A stretch of DNA of 64,000 bases from Carcharhinus amblyrhynchos (Eukaryota): contig OZ336872.1 in NCBI GenBank assembly GCA_965287045.1, forward strand, positions 48,856,001 to 48,920,000. The letters are read 5' to 3'. The notes below the pieces were generated by a model. It did no database searches. It had not been told where the DNA came from and saw only the letters and a program-made list of their open reading frames with translations. The translations under genes were made by a program, and so were the position numbers. This document shows, piece by piece, positions 24,671 through 38,330 of this stretch (position 1 is its first letter; the number at the start of each line of letters is the position of its first letter).

Positions 24671-26121
24671 AAGAAGAGCTCAGATGTTTTTTAGTAATAA
24701 ACTCCTTGTAAACAGAAACTGGATGATCCATTCTGGTATCCCCTGCCAATTATCAGGCCTTCCCCAGAGTGTACATCACAAAAATTGTGCTGACACAACA
24801 CCCATAGGTACGGATGCAGCTGCATAAACAGGTACTTTAGGTGGATACCTGGATCTTTATGATGTCTGCTGCCAATTAATGATAGGTCACAGATATTTTG
24901 ACAGCCATTTAGATCTGGATATGTTTGTGTCCTTTAGGTAACAGGCTCCTGACTCGTGCAACATTTAGATTTTCTAAAATTGTCATGTATTCCCTACTTT
25001 TCCCATATGTCCGTTCCAAATCTTTGTCAGTGTTGGATCTTTTGTTTGAACTTGTTGTGTTTATAGTGCGAGCACCTGTTTCCCAACAAACCCTAAGCTC
25101 GGCCTAGCCAACAAATGCCCACATTCAGTGAAAAAATAAATAAAAACACGGGACCGTCACACGTCATCTGGTACAGTGTGCATATATTTTTAAATGTGCT
25201 GGAAACTACATCCAATTAAATTGTCGGGGGCCACGTGTAAAAATTACTAATGGAAGCTTGGGCCTTTATAAAGCTTTTTAACAAGAAGCCAGTCATCTGC
25301 ACTTTCTAGTTGGTGAAGCATGATTTTCTTTTTCCTTTGCTCGTGAACTGAAATCTTAATGCCCTTGTAGCTGGGCATCAAGATTTTCCCCCTCCAAACT
25401 TGCTTGAATTTGAACAGATCGTAGGCTAGTTGATGTCGCAGCTACCCTATTCACTGCCTCATTTAACCTTTTCACCCTTTTTGTGTGCCAATCAATGACC
25501 AGCCCTTCTGTGCCCTCATTCTTCTGCATCTGCGCTGCTTAATCTTGTAACGCTATTGACTGTGACTATTCATTCTGCTTTGGAGCCATTATAGATTACC
25601 ACTGGATCAAAATTAAAAGCTGATATTTTCATCAGGTTGGCAGAGATTTGGCAGGAGCAAGTGCAGAGAGTTAGGACCGTGTGTCAGGATTGCATTATCC
25701 CTCATCGTGGAGTTGTGCCGAACTCTTCCCAAAACTGGTGCCTTACAAAGAAACCGGGATCATCTTGAATTCTTCAGCATAGCTGAAAGAAGGCTCCCTA
25801 AGAAGTAGTGGTTTTGTGATGTGATGCTGATTGAAATATCAATGTCCTCTCTTTCAAACTAAAACGCTCAGTCAATCGATCAACTTTGCAAGGGCTTCGC
25901 TGGACTTCATGGTAAAAAGAGGGAGAAGAAAGCACAATTTGCCTTTTTGTTTTGGTTCAGACTAACAATCGTTCAAGATAAAATAGCACACATGTTCGTG
26001 CCAGTCAGCACTCCATCTGTTGCCTCTGGTCGCAGTTTAAATCCCCTTCCCATGTTTGGTCACAGGAATGATTTTGGCACAGGTCTATGTGACCAGCAAT
26101 TAAAGTTAATTTGCTTGGTGA

Positions 26122-26163
26122 GAAGTCCTTTCATTAACATTGAAGTCCTTTCATTAACATTGA
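26122..26163. repeat. Perfect 20-bp tandem duplication
   Basis: GAAGTCCTTTCATTAACATT occurs twice in tandem. Confidence 0.95.
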
Positions 26164-26581
26164 GCATTCTTTTATTCAGCCAGTCATGTTTTCCCGCTAC
26201 CATTGGAAAGTTGCCTGAAGCAGAAGTCTGGCATTTGTTTTGTGCTTGTGGTACAATTTTATTCCTATCATCTGTAAACTGACACCCCCTAAGTACACTA
26301 GAAATTTGTAACAGAAGGAGGTCATTGGTCCATCATGTTCGTATTGGTTCTTCACTCTGGCAATCTAAAACAAATTTCACCACCCTGTCATCTCCTAGTA
26401 ATACTGCATCCTCTGTTTTAGATAACTTTCCCTCTGAAAAATGCAGTAGTCTCTGTTTCAACTGAGGCAAAGATTTGATATGCTTGACAACATGCTCCAT
26501 ATAGAGAGAATTATACAAATCTCCCTCCCTTGTATCTTGAAATTGATCATTTTGATTCCCTCCTCAGGGGTGGGTTAACTC

Positions 26582-26787
26582 GGAGATAAAAACAAAATAC
26601 TGCAGATGCTGGAACCTCTCTGCAGATCTGACAGCATCTGCAGAGAGATAGAGCCAATGTTTCAAGTCTAGATGCCTCTTTATCGCAGCTCTGACCAAGT
26701 GTCACCTAGACTTGAAACACTGGCTCTATTCTCTCTCCACAGATGCTGTCAGACCTGCTGAGATTTTCCAGCATTTTCTGTTTCTTT
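26582..26787. mobile_element. Palindromic Penelope-type element with 13-bp target-site duplication, inserted in a tRNA-derived SINE head
   Basis: Arms ...TCTGACAGCATCTGCAGAGAGATAGAGCCAATGTTTCAAGTCTAG and CTAGACTTGAAACACTGGCTCTATTCTCTCTCCACAGATGCTGTCAGA... GGTGGGTTAACTC is duplicated at 26569-26581 and 26788-26800. Penelope assignment is from recognition. Confidence 0.75.
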
Positions 26788-26959
26788 GGTGGGTTAACTC
26801 AGTTGGCTAGATATCTAGAGTATGGCATCAAATCACACTAACAGTGTGGGTTCACTTCCCGTAGTGGCTGTGGTCATTATTGAGGCCTGCTCCTTGTTTT
26901 ACCCCATAGTGATTTTTTATGGTATAAACCATAGAAAGAGAGATTTTTCATTGCCAAGG

Positions 26960-27190
26960 TTCCATACTCTGGAATTGTTCCACCCTCTACCTTGTTTTCC
27001 TCCTTCAAGTTTTTAGCCATCAGATTTCTTAACTCCTTAGTGGTTTAAGCTCCTGCTTGGTTTCATAATGCTGTTGTGAATTACCCTGAGATATATACTT
27101 ATGTTAAAGATGCTATATAAGTTGTTTTCTGTTCTCTCTCCGCAGATGCTGTCAGATCAGCTGAGAATTTCCAGCCTTTTGTGTTTATAA
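26960..27190 (+). mobile_element. L2 3' end followed by a half Penelope-type arm (27130-27190)
   Basis: CCCTCTACCTTG...TATGTTAAAGATGCTATATAAGTTG L2-like tail, then TCTCTCCGCAGATGCTGTCAGA..GCTGAGAATTTCCAGC. Confidence 0.55.
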
Positions 27191-29199
27191 AATTCATTGT
27201 CAGATGACAAATGTAGTCTTCTAAGTCTATTTGAATGCTATGTTTTTTTAAAGGCTACAAGAGTGTTTTTCACAGTTCAGGTGTCAGAGTTTGTTCAGTT
27301 ATGATTTGTATACAAAGATGTAAAAAGTAGCACCGGTTATTTCTTTGTTTTCTAACCTTGAAATATTGCAGTAACCAGAAGAGGAATTGATCACCAATTT
27401 ACATTTCTGCACTTAAAATTCAATGAATGTTGGGGGAGGAGAGGATGTGTTTTAACACCTCCAGTTGATTTAAATGGATGTGCTCCTAAGTAGGTTCTGC
27501 ATGACGAGGAGCAACAAGGGTGTGTGTGGGGGGGCAGGGGGGATGGGGGGTCAGCCCCAGTTCCTGACTTGGAAGAAAGCATCATCTTCAGTACGGCAGC
27601 TTTAGATTTAAAGTGTGAGTTCCTCAGAAGCTGCAGTCCGGTTGCAGCCTCAGTAGTGGTGAAATTCTCAATAATATTGGGACAGCAAGATACAAGTCAC
27701 GATGTATGCCGAGTGTGCATGCTTGGAAGGAACACACAACTTTAGATCTAGCAATCCTCAAACATTCTGTAACTTTGGGGAGGTGACTGGTAGATCCCTT
27801 ATTTTGCCTTTTATAGACAAATTGATTGCCATGATTCATCAACAACTTCACTTTCATCGTATCCTGTACCTACCAGAATGGTGACAACCAAACACAATGA
27901 TCTTTGGATTTTTTTTAATCCAGCAATTCCAGTGATTAAAGCATTAATATGGAGCTTGACTTGTTCAAGTCAGGCTACTCCTTCCCCTCCATACTAACTA
28001 GCTTTATCCTTTTTGAGGGGGTTTCGCTATACGTTTATGTGCTTCATTTTTATCTAAATATTGAGACAAAAATCAAGCATTCGCCTCCCAAGTGGCTTGC
28101 TGGGGTGGGGGTTGGAGGGGAGGAAATAAAGGCGATCTCCACTTTCTTGATGCAGAAAGAAATACAAAATGGACAAATAAAGTTTCTATGGATTGAAAAT
28201 AAAGTACAGCATTGTGAATTGGTAACATCTGAAAATAATTTCTTCGGTTACCTCCAGGTATCTCCAATTTTGAAAATCAAATCTCTTGGAGATTCTTCAG
28301 AGAAGGTTCAAGGGCATAAATATGTGAAGCACTGCAAAAATAAGTGTTTTTCTTGTTAGCATCAAGGAGAATGTGGGGACAATGTGAGGACAAAAATAAA
28401 TTTGACAGCTCTTGAACAGTCAGAAAGCATGCTCAAGTAAAAGAGAAACTGCAAATTCTAGAAATTTGATATCATTAAACAGTGCTGACAGAACACAACA
28501 CTGGATTTCCATGGGAATTCTCTAATCATCTGCTGTGATGTCAGCAGAGCTCTTGAGAAGTGTTGGAAAAAAAAATATTTGCACTGCTTTTCCAGTGGTC
28601 TGCCACAGAACCATTAGACGAAAGATCCGTCATTGCTGTTCGAAGAGACAAGTTAATGTTTCAGGTCTTTATACTTTTCACATTCCTGGCACTCCCATTA
28701 CCCATTCTCACCTTCTTTGTTGTGCATTGGACCCAGTTAAGTTGGGAAACAATATTGGCCATTCTGCCCCTTGAGCCATTTCTGCCATTGATTTTTATCA
28801 GGGCTGATCGGTATTTTAACTCCTCTTACCCAGATGGGATTGAGTAGATGAAGGATGGGGGCTTTGGAGCTCAATTCCATTAAGAAAATACATTTTGTTA
28901 GCTTTGCCTGTTGTGCAGCATTTCTTTTCTCTTGGAGAGTATTCAGAACAATGCAAACTGTGTTCATTTTAAGAATGTTCATTAGATTAATTGCGTTCTT
29001 TGGGTGTCACTGACTTTGACTTAACTAACTTCGTAAAGTTTGGCTATTTATGTATTGAGAATTAATGGCAGAATTCGGTGTGTTTCAAAAATTTCTGATT
29101 GCATGACATTCCAGTGTGAAGGTCAAACATGATAAAGTAAAAATATGTATATAGTAGTAATCATCATCAATCCCATGGAGTAAGGGTGATTTATTCCAG

Positions 29200-29600
29200 A
29201 CTTCATGATTTGTGTGTTCTCAGGTGACTCAACACCTGGAGGTACAGGTCTTTGGGCAAGGCAGACAAGAGTTGCCCCACAGAGTGGTGAAGTGGGATGC
29301 CAGGTGGTGTTCTCTTGCCCCCTCTTTCATACAGCCATAACCATACAAGCAAATATCAGACAATCCCCCAGAGAAAGCACAAGTTGTCCTGGTCACCTCT
29401 TGCGCCTCCTGATAGATGGATTGCGAGTGGCAGATCTGAACAAGTTGATCTTCCATTCTGGTGGTTGTAATATCCAACATTTCCTCTTGGTGTTGGTTTG
29501 TGAAGCCAGTGGAAATCCAGAGAGAAGAAAAGTCAGCAGGAATCTATCCACTGGCCCCAGGCTCTCTGTTGGGTAGAGGATTGCCAGGTGGAATTTCAAT
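29200..29600 (-). mobile_element. Possible RTE-clade LINE remnant
   Basis: Minus-strand DICLYGYGCMKEGAREHH resembles the RTE ORF C-terminal RLRLYGHVARxPExxxxH motif; highly decayed. Confidence 0.35.
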
Positions 29601-32332
29601 ATATTTACCCATATCCAGGGACAAGCAGATAGACTATTAAAATATTGTACAAGTTATAGAAATACTTAACTGAAAATATTCACTGTTAGTTGAACCATGG
29701 CAATTATAACAAACATAAGGACTGTCTGTTTGTCATTAGTGACCAGTGTAGTGATTTGGGCTTTTTTTTGCGTCTTTAAAATCTTAATTAGCAAAGTAAT
29801 CAAATTCACATAATCTACTGACCATGTGACCTGGGATGACCTACCCAGCCTGCTACAGTCAGTCTCTGCCTCTCCTTCAAATGGGCTTCCCAGTAAATGG
29901 AAGCTGAGCTGCCAACATTTTTCACACCCTCGGGGACGCCAATACTTCCTGGAAAAAGTAGGTCACGCGTTGTCACAAAGAATCTAAATGTTTGGTTTGC
30001 ATTTGTAAAATAGCAATTAAACCTGCAGGAACTGCAAATACCTTGCTGCTTTCAGAACTCGACAAAGAGAAAAAACAAAGAAACCATCTGTCAGATGATA
30101 TGGTGATCACTCAGAGGTGATGTACTTACATTCAATGTGCATCTTGTGGCACATTCTCTCCTCGAAGAAATTTGGTACTTACACTGGATAGTTCAAAAAG
30201 AAGCCATCATTGCCATATAGGGAAGCTTCTTGACTTCTATTATCATCTTGAATTGTTCCTTTAAGCATTTTTTTTTCAAAACTTATCACAATCATCTGCA
30301 GTGACATTTATCCCATACAATCCTGCATCAGCTCAGCTATGTTTTTTGTTTGAAAGCTGCTGGTTCTGAGCTAATCTCAGTACCCAGAGGTGTTGTCTAA
30401 AGAGATGTGCAGCAATTGTTCACTTCACAAAAACCTATGAAGATTTGAGCAATATGTAGGTGTATGGAATTGTTGCTTCTGGACTTTGCTCCCACTTTAA
30501 ATACTTCCTTAAATCATAAGGAACTAAGTAGATGCACAATGCACTATCCTTCTGGGGAACAAGTACCATTGAATATATGCACGAGGCTGAAGTTATAGGA
30601 GGGTTGATGTTCTTACTGACCAGACTATCCAGGATTTCCTTCAGCTTATCCCTTAAAGCTATTGGTACATGGCATGGAAGATGTTGGTGTTGTTCAGACT
30701 GATTTTGATATTCACACTCAACTTATTCTACTCCATCTCTGAACGCCCATGTGTATTTCAATGCAATTCTTGTCATTGATCGCAGATCCCATTATTCCAG
30801 TAGATGGCATGTCATTAATTGCATAATTACTGTTATGCTTCTGGCATGTCCAGACAAGCAACTGTGGCATAGTCATGCCATCAATATTATCACCACATCG
30901 GACCTGAAATCCTGTTTATCATGGGGAGACTTGTTCAGATACAAGCTAGAATTGCTAACGTAAGTGGTTCCACATCTGCAGGCTTAAAATCTTTTGTTGC
31001 TTTTTAGTAATGCATGAAGTGGAATTATGCTACCTTGTGCACCTGTCTCTATTGAAAATCTTAGGCACTTGCCTGGCTCCAGGTTGAGTGTAGCACACTG
31101 AATTATCAAAACCAATGGAACTGAGCTCATTGATTTTTAATTGTTCTAGCTATCTGTTTGCATGCAGGCAATTCTCATTATATATTTTGCTTTGAAATGG
31201 CTATTCTCTCTGTATTTGTTGCACACCTTCCCAGATTGCTCCTTGTTGTCTATTGCACTGAGGAAGACAAACACATCCTCAGCTGCAGGCAGCCATTTTT
31301 GAAATAACTTCATTTGCACTTCCACAACAGGCAGTAAAGAGAGCAGTATAACAAGATTCTCTTGCCGAATTTCTGTTTTGTTTTTTTCCAGCAATGAATC
31401 TTGGATTCTTTAGCTTTGACCCAAAACTTGTCTTGCCTTGTCTCATGATTTCCTTGACTTGAATATCACACTCACTTTCTATCCATACAAATCCAAGTAA
31501 TTTTTACATTGCTCCACCAGGCTATTAGTCCCATGACAAATCTTATCCATCATCAACAAGGTTAAATTACACTCTCAAAGCAATCTCTCTCTCACACCCT
31601 TGAATTCACAACCCCAAATACGAGCCAGTCTCTGTGTTGCTCCTGGCAGTTCTGTCAAACGTGCGCTGTTCAGTGAGTTTTTAGTGTTGTACAGTTCTGG
31701 TCATAGGTTTCACTGATTATCTGTGAAACCTTTATACTGTAAAGGGATGATTTTGGAAGGTTGGCAATACTGAGGAAATGTCAGCAATGGCTTAACTTTA
31801 CAACTGTCTCTCGCATTGACCCAGACTCTGGAATAAACTTGTGTGTATTAATCCCTATTGCTATGAGCAGTGGCACCACTTGCACTCAGTACAATTCCTG
31901 ATTGAGCTTTATCACTAAGGAGTAGCATTTCCAGGCTTGAATCTCCTCAAGATTCACATTATGGATTTCATCGAGCACCTCCCACTAGCATGATGAACTC
32001 ACTATAATTTTCATGTCATTTTACAAACTGTGCAGTCACTTAAGGTGTCTACCAAACTAGTAAAGATTTGTTTTAAATGTGCCGCTGCCTTGTGTTGTTA
32101 CCTTATTATAAAAACACATGGTTACTCATGCTATTTGAAGTTTCAATATTTTACGTGTGTGTGTGTGTACATAAAAGAAATTAACTAACCTGTAGCACCT
32201 GAAACGTTTGACTTGCTGCTTAGTGTATCTCTGACTAGAGAGATGGGGAGGGGGTGAGAAGAAAGGAATTATCGCCTGACTTATCAATCGACAAGCCACT
32301 TGAATACTAGAATGATTGCATAGACGCCATGT

Positions 32333-32625
32333 CATAGAATCCCTACAGTGCAGAAGTGGCCATTTTGGCTCATTGAGTTCACACTGACTGAAAAACCATC
32401 TTATTCAGGCCCATTCCGCACCCTATGTCCATAACTCCACGCATTTACCCTACTAATTCCCCCCCGCCCCCTGGCACATCTTGGGACACTAAAGGATAAA
32501 TTAGCATGACCAAGTAACGTAATCTGCACATCTTTGGACCGGCAGGAAACCAGAGTACCTGGAGGAAACCCACCTAATCACCCATGGCTGGAATTGAACT
32601 CAAGTCTCTGGCACTGAGAGGCAAA
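32333..32625 (-). mobile_element. HE1-type V-SINE
   Basis: CATAGAATCCCTACAGTGCAGAAG tail and GGAAACCAGAGTACCTGGAGGAAACCCAC V core in reverse complement. Confidence 0.85.
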
Positions 32626-33724
32626 CCAGTGTGTATGATTTTAACAGTTAGCATATGATGGAGGAATAATACAGCAGTTTGCCTTTTACTTTTAGCAAGC
32701 TTATTGTGCTTCCAAGTCAGCTAAGGTATAAAACCCACAGAGCAACTGTTCCAGCTACATCCATTTATACTCTTTTGGGTGTTGAGCCAATAACCATTAC
32801 TTGCCTTTTAATAAGGCAATTAGTTTAACAATATAATTCTCTTAGCCCACACTTGCTGAAATATTGAGAGATTCCTGATCTGCCATGTGATGAAAAGAAC
32901 ATTAGGGTTTCTACTATTAGCCTCTCAATAGCTCTGGACTATAGATTATAATATGAATCTAAAAAGTGCATGTTGACCCAGTAACTCAGACTCTGAACTG
33001 TAACCCACCCACTGCCACTTGGTTCAAATCATTGGTAAAGTTTGTGTAGTTGTAACAGTTGCTGTCATACTTGATTTTTAAAATTAAATACACAAGGTTT
33101 TTCAACTTTGACTTTCCACAGGAATTTAAGCTAAGTAATGAGCAAATGGTGAAGATGATCATTGACTCCTTTTTATTGAGTGAATTAAAGAGGAAGGAGG
33201 ATGCAGTAAACTGACTGAGATCAGGGAGAGAAAGAAGATGAGGGTTGAGAGAAAATTAATTGGGAACATGGGAAAGACTCTGGAACTTGGGTTTTAGCTT
33301 GCCTTCGATAATTACCCAACTGCTCCTCCACAGTTTAGTCTATTCTTCACTAAGTGAATAAGTCCATAAGTGAATGTAAGCCAGTGCCAAGAACAATACA
33401 GCCCTCATCTATAATACCACCAAATTGCTAGCTGTATATTGTCACATTGATTCTTTTAATTGGACTTTTATTTGTTGTAATTCAGCTTCTAGAAATATAT
33501 CAAGTTTTTAAATATACAATCTATTCCAAATTATTAAAATGAAAAATTTCAGGATACAATTTGAGCTGACAGTTAACTGAACTTCAATATGCTCATTGTG
33601 CATGTTCTCTTTTGTATTTGTATATGCCTTGTTTTATTTGTGGAGGCATTGGTTTCAGGCCTTTTCCAATATGACAGCAGTCTTCCTTACTATTACGCAA
33701 GAGATGTTCAAATCTGTGGAGAAG

Positions 33725-34005
33725 GTCATTAAACCGAGACCCTCCCTCTGCTCTCTTGGGAAGACATAAAAGACATAAAAACTCTTGAAAAAGAGTTGGG
33801 AGTTCTCCTGGTGTATTGACCTATATTTAATCCTAAATCTATACTACACTATAAAATGTTGCACATGGGAACTTGTTGTGTGAATATTGACTGTCACATC
33901 TGCTCACATTACAACAGTCAGTCACTGCATTTCAACAGTACTTTGTTCACTATGAAATGCTTTGGGACATCTTGTGTGAAGAGCTATATAAATACAAGTT
34001 ATTTT
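33725..34005 (+). mobile_element. Deu-domain SINE fragment
   Basis: TTAAACCGAGACCC...GAGTTCTCCTGGTG...ACATTACAACAGT...GCTTTGGGACATC...GCTATATAAATACAAGT. Confidence 0.75.
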
Positions 34006-34129
34006 TTCTGAGAATAAAGCGAGGTCAATAGAATGTAGTATATATTGAAAGACTTGAAGAGAACTTGTCTTTCTATAACTTTAATACCATTCACCAAAAT
34101 ATAGTAGTTGTTGTCAGGAGATTACAAAT

Positions 34130-36830
34130 CAGAAAATTATACAGTATATACCAAGGGAAATATGATAACCATGAGCAACTTTAATCTTAGACTAGGTAAA
34201 CCAGATTTGCGATAATAGCCTGTGAGGAGCAAGTAGGAAATATGCTATTTTAGATCCAGTATCGTGTCATGAGGGAGTCTTTATTAATAACTTTGCAAGG
34301 AAGCCTGATTTTGAGTGGGGGAGAGCAACTGTGCTTGAATTTTATGTTGAATTTGACAGTGATATAACAGTTAAGCCTGAATCTAGGGTCATAAATTTCA
34401 ACAAAGCAAACTATGTAAATATGAAGGGAGAATTCGCTAAGGTAGCTTGGGAAACTACTGTAAAAGGAATGATAAGCAAGTACAAATAGTTAAAATTCAC
34501 TAACTACGGAAGTCCTTGGGAAATGAAAACCCACAGGGAAAATGAACAAGAAGTTGGGGATTGTATTCTGTTGAAAGGAACAGGCTTATACCATTGACAA
34601 AAAGCCTATGAAGCCTGAGGAATGGGAAGATTTTAGAAGTCATCAAAGGATGCCAAAGAAATTGTTGGAGAAAATGAGAGTAAACTTGCAGGAGACATGA
34701 AAAACTTGTTGTATTTTTTAAAAATTACATGTTAAAGTGAAGAGAAGTGAGTACAAATATGTGTCTCTTATGGGACGAGACAGGAGAAGTTGTAATGAGT
34801 AAGAAAATGTCAAACATAACAACATGCTTTGTTTCCAGAATATTTTGTGCGTAGGAACAATGGGGAATCCAAGGTTTAGTGAGAATGAGAAATATGAAGA
34901 ATTCCTTCTGCTTGCCTTGTATTAAAAATATGTCTATTGAGAGAGGTGATGGCCTACTGTTCTTGTCGCTAGAGTATTAATCCAGAAACTCAGCTAATGT
35001 TTTGGGGACTTGGGTTCAAATCCCACCATGGCAGATGGTGGAATTTGAACTCTATGAAAAATATCTGGAATTAAGAATCTACTGATGACTATGAAACTAT
35101 TGTCGGAAAAGCCCACCTGGTTTACTAATTTCCTTTAGGAAAGGAAATCTGCCGTCCTTATCTGGTCTGGCCTACATGTGCTTCTGGACCCTCAGCAATG
35201 TAGTTGATTCTCAACTGCTCTCTGATTTGGCCTAGCAAGCCACTCAGTTCAAGTGCAATGAGAACGGGCAATAATGATGGTTAGCCATCAACACTCATGT
35301 CCCACAAATGAATTAAAAATAAAAGATAGTGAATGCATCATTTTTGATCTTCCATAATTTCCTAGGTTTTAAAATGGCCCCTGCAGACTGAATGATGACA
35401 AACATCACTCTGCTATTCAAGAAAGGAACAAGAGAGAAAACCAGCAACTATGGGCCAATTGGCCTGCAATCAGTAGTAGGCAAAATGTTAGAATTTACTA
35501 CTTGTATTAGGGATGTGGTATCAGGGCACTGATTTAATGTAAGCGAGATGTGGTTGACAAATCTATAAGTGTTCTGCAATTGTAGCTAGCATCATGGATA
35601 GTGGAGGAACCAGTGGATGTAATTATTTTGATTTTAAAAAATAATTCAATGAAGTTTCACACAAGAGGAGCCAGATTCTCTGATCTCGCTTGCAGCTGGG
35701 ATTCTCCAGTCCAGCTGCTGTGAGCGGAAATCTGGTTGAGTGCCAAATTCTCCATTCTCACTGGCAGCAACCGCGGGGTGTGAATGCCTGCATAATTCCA
35801 ACTGAGATCATTACCGAAAATTAGGTCTTGAGGTTGGATTAGTATATTAGCTTGGATTGAGGGTGGGTTAACAAACAAAAAACGATAGAAATAAACAAGT
35901 CCTTTTTTTGGATGGGCAGACTGTAAATGGTGGGATGTCTTAAACATCAGTCCTTGAGCCTCAGCTATTTACAATCTATATTGAAGACTTGAATGATGAA
36001 ACAGAGTGCAATATATTCAAGCTTGCTAATAGTACAAAACTAGGTAGGAAGGTGTGAGGAGAATGCAGCTGCTGCAAGGGAATAGTGACAGGTTAAGTGT
36101 GTGGGCAAGAACATGACAGATGGAATATAATGAGGAGTTATCCAGATTGGTAGGAAAAATAGGCAGAATATTTTTAAATCACGAGAGACTGGGAAATGTT
36201 AAATATTCAGAGACCTGGGTGACCTTGTTCATGAATCACAAAGTTAACACAGAAGCATGGGGAGCAATTAGGAAAGCAAATGATGTGTTACTCTTTATTA
36301 CAAATGGATTGGTGCATTCATAAATAAGGCTTACTGCAATTATATAGGGCCTAGAAGAGCCCACTTCTGAAGTGCAAGTTTTGATCTCTTTCACTGAGGA
36401 AGGATATATAGAGGGAATTCAATGAAGATTACTAGATCAATTCCTGGGATGGATGAATTGTTCTATGTTCCCTAGTGTTTCAAAGAATGAGGGGAAATTC
36501 CATTAAAGTAAATAATGTTCTTAATTAAATTGACAAGTAGATGGTGTGGACTGGGGGAGGGTTTGTCTTTGAGGTGTTTTAGTGTAGACATAATGGCATT
36601 ACAGTCTTCAAGGATTGAGGTGAAGTAAAACTTCTTCATTCAAAGAGTTGTAAATCTTTGGAATTTTCTACTCCAGAGAGCTTTGGACACTCGCGACATT
36701 CAGAATAAAGAGCAATAGATTTTTTTGATATCAAGGGGTTTGGAGCAGTCAAGGAAACTGGAGTTGATGTGGAAGGTCAACCACAAACTTAATGGATGAT
36801 ACAGCAATGTCAACAACCTCAATGGCTTTG
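34130..36830 (+). mobile_element. Old CR1 LINE (ORF2 relic) carrying a nested SINE and a nested MITE (35668-35800)
   Basis: Decayed motifs include NFNKANY, ITLLFKKGTREKTSNYGPIGL, SVLEPQLFTIYIEDL, IFKLANSTKLG and FFIQRVVNLWNFL. Confidence 0.85.
34939..35324 (+). mobile_element. tRNA-derived SINE of a third family, nested in CR1
   Basis: A-box GATGGCCTACTG, B-box GGGTTCAAATCCCACC, body GGAAGGAAATCTGCCGTCCTTA and tail GGGCAATAATGATGG...TCCCACAAATGAATTAAAAA. Confidence 0.8.
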
Positions 36831-37107
36831 CTGTCCTCCTGTTGAGTTCATGTGAATAGAACTGCACCCTGAAATCTTTTATATCCATGAGAGGAAAAAC
36901 AGCACTTCTGCTTCATGTATTACTTGAAAGATAGAACTCCCACATTGTCACTCAACTGTCAATTTCAGAATGGGCTTGTATCTATCCTCCTTAGACTCCA
37001 AGATAAGATTGCAATTAATGATGAATGGTTGATCAATAAAATTTGTCCACTGGATTAAACCGCATTAAGCCCAGGAACATTGTTTGCTTGAAATTGTTGC
37101 CTTCTTA

Positions 37108-38330
37108 GAACCATAGAACACTACAGCACAGAAACAGGCCTTTTGGCCCTTTTTGGCTGTGCCAAACCATTTTTCTGCCTGGTACCACTGACCTGCACCT
37201 GGACCATATCCCGCCACACCCCTCTCATCCACGTACCTGTCCAAGTTTTTCTTAAATGTTAAAAGTGAGTCAGCATTTATCACTTCATCTGGTAGCTCAT
37301 TCCACACTCCACTACTCTGTGTGAAGAATCCCCCCCCCCACCCCACTATTCCCTTAAACTTTTCCCCCGTTACCCTTCACCCTTAACCCATGTCCTCTAG
37401 TTTTTTTCTCCCCTAGCCTCAGTGGAAAAAGTCTGCTTGCATTCACTCTATCTATACCATTCATAATTTTATACACCTCTATCAAATCTCCCCTCCTTCT
37501 TCTATGCTCCATGGAATAAAGTCCTAACCTATTCAACCTTTCTCTGTAACTCAGTTTCTCAAGTCCCGGCAACATCCTTGTAAACCTTCTCTGTACTCTT
37601 TCAACTTTATTAATATCCTTCTTGTAATTAGGTGACCAAAACTGCACACAATATTCCAAACTTGGCCTCACCAATGCCTTATACAAACTCACCATAACAT
37701 TCCAACTCTTATACTCAATACTTTGATTTATAAAGGCCAATGTTCCAAAAGCACTCTATATGACTCTATCTACCTGTGATGCCACTTCTAGGGAATTATG
37801 TATCCGTATTCCCAGATCCCTCTGTTCTACTACACTCTTCAGTGTCCTACCATTTACCTTGTATGTTCTACCTTGGTTTGTCCTTCCAAAGTGCAATACC
37901 TCACACTTGTCTGCATTAAACTCCATCTGCCATTTTTCAGCCCATTCTTCTAGCTGGTCCAAATCCCTCTGCAAGCTTTGAAAACTTTCCTCATTATGCA
38001 CTACACCTCCAACCTTTGTATCATCAGCAAATTTGCTGATCCAATTTACCACATTGTCATCCAGATCATCGATTATAGATGACAAACAACAATTGACCCA
38101 GCACTAATCCCTGTGGCACACCACTAATCACAGGCCTCCACTCAGAAGCAATCCTCCGCTACCACTCGCTGGCTCAATGGAAGAAGCCAATGTCTAATCC
38201 AATTTATTAGCTCTCCATGTATACCTAGTGACTGAACCTTCCTAATTTACCTCCCATGCAGGACCTTGTCAAAGGCCTTGCTGAAATCCATGTAGACAAC
38301 ATCCACTGCCTTCCTTTCATCCACTATCAT
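37108..38330 (-). mobile_element. Young 5'-truncated CR1 (HER1-like) LINE: RT C-terminal half and 3' UTR
   Basis: ORFs 37756-38085 (ISKFADDTKVGG, MEFNADKCEVLHFG) and 37354-37740 (LYKALVRPSLEYCVQFWSP, RRRRGDLIEVYKI) are in one frame, separated by a single stop. Tail TTCTATGGTTC; candidate TSD TTCTTA at 37102 and 38331. Confidence 0.95.

Noticed and set aside
26122-26163. CRISPR-like repeat
   Set aside because: Only two adjacent units with no spacer, in a vertebrate genome.
31705-31731. Short palindrome AGGTTTCAC...GTGAAACCT (also 12152-12182 and 55658-55690)
   Set aside because: Arms of 8-9 bp are expected occasionally by chance in 64 kb, and there is no other support.
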